Positions 1-11,426 of a DNA stretch of 64,000 bases are shown in pieces (position 1 is the first letter of the stretch; every line of letters starts with the position of its first letter). Under the pieces are notes generated by a model. The model saw only the letters and a list, made by a program, of their open reading frames with translations, was not told the origin of the DNA and made no database searches. The position numbers and the translations under genes are program-made. This DNA is from the human T2T-CHM13v2.0 reference genome, Homo sapiens: NCBI RefSeq assembly GCF_009914755.1, contig NC_060934.1; one strand, written 5' to 3'.

Positions 1-139
1 TGTTTTTATGACGATGTTGGCTATTTGTTCTACATTGAAATAATTTTTATGACCGACTCTGAGAAAATAGGTAGCCAAATGAATCCTAGCCAAATGATTC
101 TAGAATCTATGGAAACTGATGTCATCCACAAAATGTCAA

Positions 140-193
140 GAGATCACGCCACTGCACTCCAGCCTGAGTGACAGAGCAAGACTCTGTCTCAAA
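140..193 (+). mobile_element. Alu 3'-terminal fragment without poly(A) tail
   Basis: gagatcacgccactgcactccagcctg...actctgtctcaaa matches the end of the Alu right arm. Confidence 0.85.
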
Positions 194-467
194 GATTACG
201 GGATTTGAATTTGAATTCAATGAATTCCATAGCAGTTTGGAAACATTCTCCAACAATAGCAATTCTTGGACATTTCTATAGCTAAAATATGAGAGAAACA
301 GGGAAGTTATTCTCACCACAATTTTAGTTATTTTTCCAAATTCAGAAAACTACAAAATTTTCCAGACTAATTAACATGCTCCTGATTCAGGACAGAAAGC
401 TGCTTAGAGATGTGATAACATCTTCATGGATTCAGAAATGAAGTGCCTACTATGTTCTGGGCTCTGA

Positions 468-879
<412 letters not shown>

Positions 880-1917
880 TAATAGAAATACATTTAAGAG
901 ACAGAGCAGAATAGAGTCTAACTGGACATAAAATTGGAATCAGGATACATTTCATAGGGGAGACCATGGATGAACTCCAAAGAGAGGAATGGGATTTGCT
1001 GATTGGACAGCAAAGTCAGTAGTATGGCTTGAACAGGAGTTGAGCATAGGGAGATCTGGGTTAACAAAGGGATTAACAATGAGTTTAAAAAAAGAGGCAG
1101 GGTCTGCACATCATTAAAATAGCCTTGGCATTTATCTGTAACCATCAGAAAATTAATGAAGGGTGTTAAATAGGAGACTAGCCTGAGTATTGTGGCTGTG
1201 GTCTACTGGGTAGATTTGTGGATGTTCTAGAGACTCATGATAGGGAGACTAGTTACCAGAGCTGGACAGAAATGGAAATATCTAAACTAAAACAATATCA
1301 CTGGGAGTGAGTGAGACAGGGAGGGAAATTATTAGGGTGGTCCTATGGCATGCTCTTAGACCAGGATTGTCCACAGCAAGTACAGGAATGGAGCGTTCAA
1401 GCAAGAGTCCTGTTCTCTTTCATTAACCACACAATATGGAGATTAACCTAGTTGCCATGGTTAAGCAAGGAACTTAACACTATAGCTACACAATAAAATA
1501 TGTTTATGGTTTCTGTTTGTTTGTCTTTTAAAAATACAATCAGGTATCTGTGAAATAAATACAACTTTTCTGTGAAAGTCATTAATTATCATCATTATTA
1601 TTTTAGACAATGATTGAATGCACCAGGACTTTACCTTAGAGTTTCCTAAAGAGGACCTTGCCAGGGCATTGACTATAGATTTATCATGCCATTGAAATTT
1701 TATATATTATACTCACTGATAAAGAGTTTATCCAACATTACCTTTAAAGCCTATGATTATTTATTATTTTTTTAAAAAAAGCATAATTTCAGACTAAGGC
1801 TATAATTCAAAGTCATGTTTCTCCCTGAGGAAAAAAAATGTATTTGCTTTAAGTGATATTCTCATATATAAGGAGATTTATGTAGGAGTCAGTAAATGAC
1901 TTTCAGCAATGCCCTGC

Positions 1918-2422
1918 TGTGATGGGCAGCCTCTGAGATGGCACCAAATAATCCTCACTTCCTGGTACTCGTGCTCTTGTGTAATTCCTCTTCTTAAATG
2001 TGTGGTGGACCTAGCGAATATGGCAAGAGTGCTAGGATGTCACTTTGGAGATTAGGTTATGAACACATTGTGATATCTGTCTGTCTTTCCCTCTCTTGCT
2101 TTCTCACTGGCTTATGAGAAAAGCCAGTTTCCATGTTTTGAGCCATCTTGTGCAGAGCAGAGTGACAAGGACCCCATGTGACAAGGACCGGAGCTCTCCA
2201 GCCAACAGTCAGTGAAGACCCGAGGCCATCAATGGTCACATGAGGAAGCTAGAAGTTGAGCATCCCCTAGTCCAGCCTTAAGATGATGAGAGACCTGGTT
2301 GACAATGTTGATTGCAGGCTCATGAGATTCAGAGGCACCTGGCTAACCTACACCTGGGCACCTGACCCACTAAACTGTAACATGAAGACTACTGTTGTGG
2401 GATAATTTGTTAGGGAACAGTA
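1918..2422 (+). mobile_element. MaLR LTR (MLT1-type)
   Basis: TG start tgtgatgggcagcctctgagatggc; typical MLT1 motifs; ends ...aacagtaca. Confidence 0.65.
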
Positions 2423-3027
2423 CATATCTAATAAACCTATTATTGTCAGTAACTCATATTTTACTAAGTTACAGCAAATAAAGGGTTGTATAAATAGTGG
2501 ATGCTGTAATCTTTGATCTTTAAGTAACAAAATATTATACCTTCATGATTATATTATTTTCTAACAGCTATTCTTTTCCAAGGAATGATAGAATGTTCTA
2601 ATAGCTATCAATTACATCTATCACTTACCTTAAATGTCAAACCAACCAAACAAACAAACAAACAACAAACCAGTAATTCCTATCTCTGGGCAACATGGAA
2701 AATATTATTACATAAAAAATTTTAATCATACAGCATTTAAAAAATTAATTTCCTGTTTTGATACAATGTTCAACTATCTTTCCCACTTTACCACTTGCGA
2801 TTTTACAATTTTACTGTAAAAAAAATCAGGAAATTATCAGCAAGTACTGTACTACACATTTGAATGGGATTTCTTCATTAGCAAATCAACACCCCAAGTA
2901 TGGATATCCTTTTATTTTCAGGGATTGGTTGGGCCCCATAACTTTTATGTAAACAATAATAATTCTTTTTCAAGTGGATACTTCTCTGCAAAACTTGGTT
3001 TATGAATATTTGCAGAATTTTGCCAAT

Positions 3028-3611
3028 AGTCATGCACTACATAATGACATTTAATATTTAGTCAGAGATGGACTGCATCACTATGGCAGTCTTGTAGGAT
3101 TATAATGGAGTTTTTTTTTCTTTCTTTTTTTTTTTTTTTTTTGAGACAGAATCTCACTCTGTTGCCCAAGGAGTAGCTGGGATTATAGGCGCATGCCACC
3201 ACACCTGCCTAATTTTTGTATTTTTAGTAGAGACAGGGTTTCACCATGTTGGCCAGGCTGGTCTTGAACTCAAGTGATCCGTCTGCCTCAGCCTCCCAAA
3301 GTGCCGGGATTATAGGCGTGAGCCACTGCATCCAGCCAGAGCTTTTATAATGTATTTTTACTGTACCTTTCCTATGTTTAGATACAGAAACACTTACCAT
3401 TGTACTCCAACTGCCAACAGTATTCAGTACAGTAACATGCTGTACAGGCATGTACCCTAGGAGCTATAGGCTATACCATATAGCCTAGATGTGTAGGAGG
3501 CTATACCATCTAGGTTTGTGTAAATGCATTCTAGGATATTTGCACAAGAACAAAAGCTCCTAACAACACATTTCTCAGAAGGTATCTGTTGTTAAGTGAT
3601 GCATGGACTGT
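3028..3611. mobile_element. Tigger3/MER7-type DNA transposon, split by an Alu
   Basis: Termini agtcatgc...atgcatggactgta and internal gctataccatatagcctagatgtgtaggaggctataccatctagg motif. Confidence 0.8.
3110..3337 (-). mobile_element. AluS with internal deletion in the right arm
   Basis: Alu sequence jumps from gttgcccaag directly to gagtagctggg. Confidence 0.9.
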
Positions 3612-4523
3612 AGTTAAACTGACCAGTATTAAACATGCAGTGTTGTGCTCATAAACCGAGATAATGGCATGGCTGGAGGTCTGTGCACGTGCAGCATTCA
3701 CAACAGTCATGTTTGCTGGCAGGATTAGAGAATAGCAAGTATGTTAACAAACAGTGGAGTCATTAACTTGGGAATGGTTGCAAAAGGCAGCAAAATCAGA
3801 GAAATAGTATAAATTGCTTTTTAAAATTCAGCATTCCCGAAAAGGGCAGTTTTGAAAACCATGAATAGCATATTTAGTATTGGGAAAAAATCCTTGGATA
3901 GTAGCCTTAACAAAATAAATAAAGGAAAATAAGCTGAAAAGTAGGGGAGAAAACACTTTTATTTATATTTGAAGGGGTATGCACTGTAATCAGTAATACA
4001 AGAGAATCAGTAATACAAGTAGTGAAGTAATGAACTATTAGGTTTACAGAATATGTTAAAACTGTGAGTATGGAGATCCAAGGAATGTAATTAATGGAAA
4101 GGTGATTCTTTTAGCTGAATGGCATTACTGACCCATTAATGGTGGGGAATCAAATTTACTGTGCTCTTCAGTGTTTGTTATAGAATTATTTTGAGCTGTA
4201 AATATTTCTCCAATTCCTGTGCCATAAAACACACATATATCTTAGATCAATCACTTGGGGCAGATGCATTTCTTATGGAACCATATTCTACATTGTATCA
4301 AATTTTCTATCAGAAAGAAGTTTATAAACTAATCAGTTTATGAACATTAAGGTCAGTGAAGTATATTAGACTTAGTATTGTGTTGATGGAAACCTAATAG
4401 TTCATTACTTCCAATACTCACTTCTACTTTTACCAATGAAGAGTCTATGATCAACTTTTACCTTCCTTAGCACCATATCCAAATTAGCTGAGATAAATGG
4501 ATACAAGTGGATAATTAATACCT

Positions 4524-4525
<2 letters not shown>

Positions 4526-4567
<42 letters not shown>
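4526..4567 (+). repeat. (GT)n microsatellite
   Basis: About 21 GT units. Confidence 0.98.
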
Positions 4568-4569
<2 letters not shown>

Positions 4570-5623
4570 GGTTGAATTTCTTGGAAACACAAAGTTGCCT
4601 TTACAGGTTTTCCAGGAAGGGCTCTTTGGAGACGTGAAGATGGCAGGATGGGGCAGAGGAAGAAAGTGACCAACAACTTGGTTATAACTGAGGCCTCAGC
4701 TCACCCAGAGGAAACTTCAATGGGTCTTTGAAGTGAGCCCACATTGAAGCATAGGGAACTTCGCTAGCGCCTCTCAGCTCTCCCCACCCCACCTTATGTG
4801 GGACAGCATGGTTAGAGTTGGCTAAGGTTAGTTATTTCCTCTCAGAGATACTGGAATTGAGTATTTCCCTTCTCCTGTGTGGAAGGCTAAAGGAGTGGAA
4901 GCTAACTATTTCCTTTCTGTCATGTGGAAGCTCGAGCAGGCTGGAATTGGGCATTTACCTTCTCCAAGTTGATTAGGCGCTGATAAAATCCTAATAATTT
5001 AGACTTTGGTAAAATAGTTTACCTTAAGGGCAGGTCTTGATAATAACAAAATAAACCATGATTTATTTCATACTGATTTTTTTTATCCTTTCCCTGGCAA
5101 AAGCATAAGGAAATTTTTATCTGATATTCATTGTGAGGCCCTGATAGTGCTCCTGGAAATAAAAGTTGCAAAAGTATGAAGGTCCTTCTTAGACTGGACA
5201 CTTTTGGAGTTTTTAACTCTCAAACTTATTCACTCTGAGCCTCCAGCAATTTGCCAACTACAGCTTAGGGTTTCCTACCCCTGTACTAATTCCTGCAGTG
5301 GTTCCTGCTCATGGATTTCTGTCCCAGTAGATTATGATTCTCCGTGCTCATATACCTGTTTCTTCAATTTGAGAAGCAGAGATTGGTCCTGTGATCTCAC
5401 TTCTCTGAAAGATCTAAAAAGAGTTGTTGATTTTTCATTGTGTTCAGTTTTTCACATGTTGTTAGGATGGGATGTCAACTACCAGGCTTATATACCACAT
5501 AAGAACAATAATATCTTTTTTGAATGCCCATTATCTTTCCCCTAAGGACTGTAAGTTCACTGAGTTATCTCCATAGTTTCCTTAGGCCTGGCCTCCTCTG
5601 GCTGCAGCCCCTACCTTGCAATC

Positions 5624-6039
5624 TGCTATAGTTTGGTTATGCTCCCCAACATTTCTGTGTTGGAAATGTAATCCCCAATGCAGCAGTGTTGGAATGTAGG
5701 GCCTAATGGGAGGTGATTGGGTCATGGGTGCACTGCCCTTATAAATTGATTGATTCTATTATCATCAGAGTGGGTTTGTTATTTAGGGAGTGCTTTCCTT
5801 ACAAGAAGATGAGTTCGGTCCCTTCTTGCTCCCTGTCTTTCAGGCTCTCTTTCACACTTTTAACTTCTGCCATGGGAAGATGCAGCAGGAAGGCCCTCTA
5901 CAGATGCCAGTTCCTCAGTCTTGGACTTCCCAGACTCCAGAACCATAAGCCAATAAACCATAAGCCAATAAATTTATGTTTATTATAAATTACCTATTCT
6001 GTTGTATTCTGTTATAGCCACACAAAACAGACAAAGACA
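5624..6039 (+). mobile_element. MST-family MaLR LTR (MSTB-like)
   Basis: tgctatagtttgg...aaacagacaaagaca termini; internal 15-bp tandem duplication at 5941-5970. Confidence 0.8.
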
Positions 6040-8130
6040 CCATCCATTACCATTGATTTTGCCAAACTTTTTTTCTGACAGTTAAGTACCAATTCCTGGC
6101 ATCTGTTATTTCATCCCCTTTGCTCTCAAGGTACACAACTCTTGATAATATTGCCTCCCAGCAGCCCTGGCCTCCAGTAGAAAACCACGACTGAACATTT
6201 CAGTGACACTTTTGTTTCTTTTACTGTCATATTTCTTATTGTTTTGGAGAATGGAGTTTCCTCTGGCCTTTCCCATGAAAATAGTTAACTGGTGGAATTT
6301 CCTGATTTGTTGTATTCTGACATACCCATTTTTTCTACCTTTTGATTGTTTTATTCATCATGTGTCATGGCATTTCTGATATTTCTTCTTCACTTTGTGT
6401 GGGCTGTCACTCTCTCCAATATTCCACATTCCATCTCACCAGTGTGTTAATAATGTCTCCTAGGTTCTTCCTGGGGCAATAAATCTTGTAAAATTGGAGA
6501 GTGCTCTATATTCATGAACTCTACCTTCTCCAGTTTTGTATTCTGTGCCATGTAATCCAGCATTGTCAGAATCCAAGGCTTTAAATGTAGATCTTGAGAT
6601 GGGGGCAGGAATTGTCATGAAGGCATCTGCCTCATTTGAGACTTTTGCATGATGTATATCTAAGATGTGCTATGTTTGGCTTTGTTTTTTTTCTTTCCAG
6701 GGAGGTATATGCTTTGATAAAGGGAGGTAGATGATTTTGTCAGATCCAGTAGGTTTAAGGGAGTTCAAGATTTCGAGTTGTATATACCCAGGTATTTCAG
6801 TCTCAAGTCTCAGTATCTCAGCATTTCCCTATTTGGGCACTCACATTAGCATATGATACCTGGTCAGGCTTTCTCTGAAGCTTTATTACTCCTCAAATTA
6901 AATCCTGAGCCTGCTGTTCTGCCCTGTTTGCATTTTAGCTATACAAAACTCACATCAAGAACATCCTCTGACTTTCATATTTTGTCTGAATTAGTAATTA
7001 ACCTCCCCAATCTGACATTATCTCTTTTAGCAAATCATTGGTACTTAGTAATAGCTACCAACCTCCCAAATCCTTATATGTATCATTTGCTTTTGGATAT
7101 GTTTCAACAGACAGCACATCTCCTTTCACTAGGATTCTCCCTCAGAGAAGGTTTACATCAGTGAAAGTCTAAAGAGTTTCACTTCTGCATAATAGTAGTT
7201 ATCCATGCACCATCTATTAAAAGTAAGGGCCTTTATTGTCCAGCAGCCAGGCCCAAAATTACATTTCAGAGTTTGCCACTTAGGACCACTTCTGGAATCA
7301 GGAATCTGAATCTGAGACAGAGAATTTGCTATAATGAACACTGTGTATGCTACCTGGATCCTTGCTTACAGACCAAGGCACTCGTTGCCCTAGTTGCCAA
7401 GAGTTTTGCCTGCTGATGGCTCAAAGGGAAGTCTTTTCCCAAGATTTTCCTTCTGCTGAAAAGAGCTGCCTCACCCAAATCTATGGGCCTTTGTCAGGTG
7501 CAGCCTACATTCTATGAGTGCTTTAGGTGAAGGTACAAGGGCCTAGATCCCTTGCCTTGATTCAGTGAGACTATACAAGGCCATCCCAGCTCTGAACTCC
7601 CTGGAATTAGATAAAGCTTTAATTGCAATTGCATCAGAGTTCAACATTTTCCTCCACCCTTATTTCCCTAAAGGTATTGTTACTGAGAACACTCACCAAT
7701 AAAAACTTTTGCATACAAATCCCTGCTTCCCAGGATTACATGCCTAAGACAAGTGCAATAAATTTGTTAGAAAGTGCTCTGAAGAAATATAAGTGTAAGG
7801 AGTTGAGGAAGGCAGGATTGAGCAAAGGAAAAGGTTGACTTCTGGGGCAGCTTCAAATCTAACGTTAGGGATTCCTGTGGGGAACTTTGTAGCTATAGCT
7901 GGAACTGACCCTCAGAATTTTGTTAACTTGTAGTAAGGGGGCCATTGACACTGACTGGCCATTGTTGTCACTTAGGAAAGATCATGCTTGAGTGAAGCAG
8001 TTCGGAAGTTGAGAACACTTTCCAATGAGAGACACAACTGTGAGCATCAGGAACAAATATTTCTACAAGCTGAGGAATGAGTTCACTGACCTCAAAAGCA
8101 ATTTTGGAAGAGTACCAGGTATTCACTATA
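6040..8130. mobile_element. Degraded ERVL internal sequence and LTR16/LTR33-like remnants
   Basis: ERVL/MaLR-like leader (ccacttctggaatcaggaatc) near 7290; LTR16-like block ~7342-7751 ending aataaa...cctaagaca. Confidence 0.45.
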
Positions 8131-8449
8131 GTGTATTGTTGTATACATTTCAATATTTCCATATTAGCTAATACAATATTAAAATGTATATAGATTACAA
8201 ATAATCATAAGCAAAACTCAGTATGAGTCTTTCTGCCCTTAAGATCTATATGCATCATTATTCTAGCTAGCAGCCTATCAATCTTATTTATTCTTCAAAA
8301 TACAAACCTCTGGTTTTGTCGATCTTCTGTCTAGTTTCTGGTGTCTCAATTTTATTCTGTTCAGCTCTAAATTGGTTATTTCTTTTCTTCCGCTAGCTTT
8401 GGAGTTGATTTGCTCTTGTTTTGCTAGTTCCTCTAAATGTGATGTTAGG

Positions 8450-8525
8450 GGGGCATGTGACCAGGCACTAGTGTGTGTGCACCATCTTCTGCCTCCTGCC
8501 CCCCTAAAAAATAAAAATTAAAAAT
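8450..8525 (+). mobile_element. Mini retro-insertion of unknown RNA with A-rich tail and 16-bp TSD
   Basis: TSD taaatgtgatg(t/c)tagg at 8434-8449 and 8526-8541; tail aaaaaataaaaattaaaaat. Confidence 0.75.
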
Positions 8526-9142
8526 TAAATGTGATGCTAGGTTGTTAACTGGAGATCTTTTTATCTTTTTGACCTGCATGTGTAGTACTGTAAACTTTCC
8601 TTTTAAGGTGGCTTTAACTGTGTCCCAGGTACTCTGATATGTTGTACCTTTGTTTTCTTTAGTTTCAAGGAATTCTTGGTTTCTGCCTTAATTTCATTCA
8701 TTGTTTACACAGAAGTTATTCAGAAGCACATTGTTTAATTTCCACTTAATTTTATGGTTTTGAGTAAACTTCTTAGTATTGATTTTTATTTTTGTTGTGC
8801 TATGGTCTCAGAGTGTAGTTGTTATGATATGGCTTTCTTAAATTTGCTGAGAATTGTTTTATGGCCAATTGTGTAGTCAATTCTAGAGTATGCGCCACAT
8901 GCAGAAGAGAAGAAACTATTTGGCCAAGTGTTTAATCCAGGTCCCAAATATCTTTGTTAGTGTTCTGCCTTGATGATCTGCCTAATACTTGGCACTTTTG
9001 TCTAACACAGTGACATGCTGAAGTCTCTCACTATTATTGTGTGGTTATCTAAGACTCTTTGTAGGTCTCTAAGAACTTGTTTTATGAATCTGGGTGCTCC
9101 TGTGTTGGGTGCATATATATGTATTTTCATATATATATATAT

Positions 9143-10360
9143 GTTTTTTTAAATGTTGTGAGTACATAGTAGGCATATGTATTTATGGGATACATGAGTT
9201 ATTTTGGTACAGGCATGAAATGCATAATAATCACATCATGGAAAATTGGAGATCCAAACCCTCAAGCATTTATCCTTTGTATTACAAACAATCCAGTTAT
9301 ATCTCTTAGTTATTTTTAAATGTATGATTAAATTATTATTGACTAAAGTCTCCCTTTTATGCTATCAAGTATTAGGTCTTATTCATTCTTTCTATTTTTT
9401 TGTACCCATTAACAATCCCACCTTGCTGTCACCCTGTTCCCCACCCTTCCCAACCTCTGGTAACCATCCTTCTACTCTCTATCTCCATGAATTCAATCGT
9501 TTTAATTTTTAGCTCCCACAAATAAGCGAGAACATGTGAAGTCTGTCTTTCTGTGTCTGGCTTATTTCACTTAACATAATTACCTACAGTTTCATCCATC
9601 CATGTTGTTGCAAATGACAGAATCTCATAATTTTTTATGGCTAAGTAGTACTCCATTGTGTATACATACCACATTTTCTTTATCCATTCATCTGTTCATG
9701 GACACTTGGGTTGCTTCCAAATCTTGACTATTGTGAATAATGCTGCAACAAACATGGGAGTGCAGTTATCATTTTGATATACTGATTTATTTTCTTTGGG
9801 ATATATACCTAGGAGTGCAATGGCTGAATCATAAAGTACCTCTATTTTCAGATTTTTGATAAACCTCCAAATTGTTCTCCAAAGTGTTTGTACTAATTTA
9901 CATTACCCTCAACAATGTACAAGGGTTACCTTTTCTCCCTGTCCTTGCCAGCATTTACTATTGCCTGACTTTTGGATAAACGCCATCTTAATTGTGATGA
10001 GGTGATATCTCAATGTAGTTTTCATTTGCATTTCTCTGATGATCAATGATGGTGAGCACTTTTTCATAGGCCTGTTTGTCATTTGTATATCTTCTTTTGA
10101 GAAATGTCTGTTCAAACTTTTTTTCCCATTTTTAAATCAGATTATTAGATATTTTCCATTAATTTACTCCTCCTGTCTAATTGCTCCAGCTAGACATTCA
10201 GTACTATGTTAAATAACAATGGTGGAAGTGGACATCTTTGTTGTGCTCCAGATCTAAGAGGAAAGATTTTAGTTTTTCCCCATTCAGTATGATATTACCT
10301 GTGGGTCTGTCATATATTGCTTTTACCATGTTAAGGTATGTTCCTTCTACACCCAGTTTT
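9143..10360 (-). mobile_element. L1MA (L1MA2/3-like) 3' end nested in the older L1
   Basis: gtacatagtagg...tatttatgggatacatgag L1MA 3' UTR; ORF 9909-10115 is the ORF2 C-terminus. Confidence 0.8.
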
Positions 10361-10778
10361 GGGGATAATTGAGTATTCTTATTGAATTGAACCCTTTACC
10401 ATACATAATGCTGTTCTTTATCTTTTTTGATTGTTGTTGGTTTAAAGTCTGTTTTGTCTGAAATTAGAATAGCAACTCCTGCTTTTATTTGTTTTCCATT
10501 TGCTTGGTAGACTTGTCTTTATCCTTTACTTTGAGCCAATAAGTGTAATTGCATGTGAGATGGGTCTCTTGAAGACAGCACACATTTTGCTCTTGCTTCT
10601 TTATCCAGCTTGCCATTCTATGCCTTTTAATTGGTGCATTTAGCTTATTTACATTCAAGGTTAATATTGATATGTATGGATTTGATCCTGTCATCTTGTT
10701 GTTAGCTGGTTATTAAGCAGACTTTATTGTGTAGCTCCTTTACAGTGTTTACAGCTTTCATAGAAGCATTTTCATAGA

Positions 10779-11350
10779 AGTGTGGAGATAAATCATATTA
10801 TGGCTAGGGGCCATGCATGGTAGGAGCAGTCATAAGAATTCTTGCAAAATGTGATGAGTGTATGCAAGTTAAATGAGCCACTTATCAGTAGGACTGATAA
10901 CAGGATAATGGCTAGGGTGACCTCATATGAAATTGTCTGGGCCATAGCTCATAATGCATGGATTAGTGCATATTTTGAATTAGATGCTCATCCTGATCAT
11001 AGAATAGAGTAGATGGTTAAGCTTGATGTGGCTAGTATAAATAGAAGACCTATATTAAAATTAATTAGATGATCTGGTATAGGGAGGGGAGTTCATAAGA
11101 GGAGAGCAATAGAAAGGGCTATGGTTGGAGCAATAATATAAAAGGTAATAGTAGATGTTGGAGGCTGTAAGGGTTCTTTGTTGAAAAGTTTTATTGCATC
11201 AGCAAAAGGTTGAAGCAGCCCATAGGGACCTACAATGTTGGGTCCCTTGCATAGTTGTTTATAGCCTAAGATTTCTCATTCCATGAGCATAAGGAATGCT
11301 ATAGTGATAAGAGTGGGGATAATGAGTAGGAGAAGGTTAATTATAGGCAT
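10779..11350 (-). pseudogene. MT-ND1 pseudogene (5' ~190 codons)
   Basis: Translates MP..NLLLLIIP...[18 protein letters not shown]...PLAMMWFISTL with indels and a TGA at codon 25. Confidence 0.95.
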
Positions 11351-11352
11351 GT

Positions 11353-11426
11353 AGTTAAGAAGAGGAGTTCAACTCTGATTACAAAGTTTTAAGATTTATG
11401 CAATTGCTGGGCTCTGCCATCTTAAC
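11353..11426 (-). pseudogene. Nuclear pseudo-copy of mt tRNA-Leu(UUR)
   Basis: Minus strand reads gttaagatggcagagcccagcaattgcataaatcttaaaacttt...cctcttcttaac; mTERF-site-like tggcagagcccag. Confidence 0.93.
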
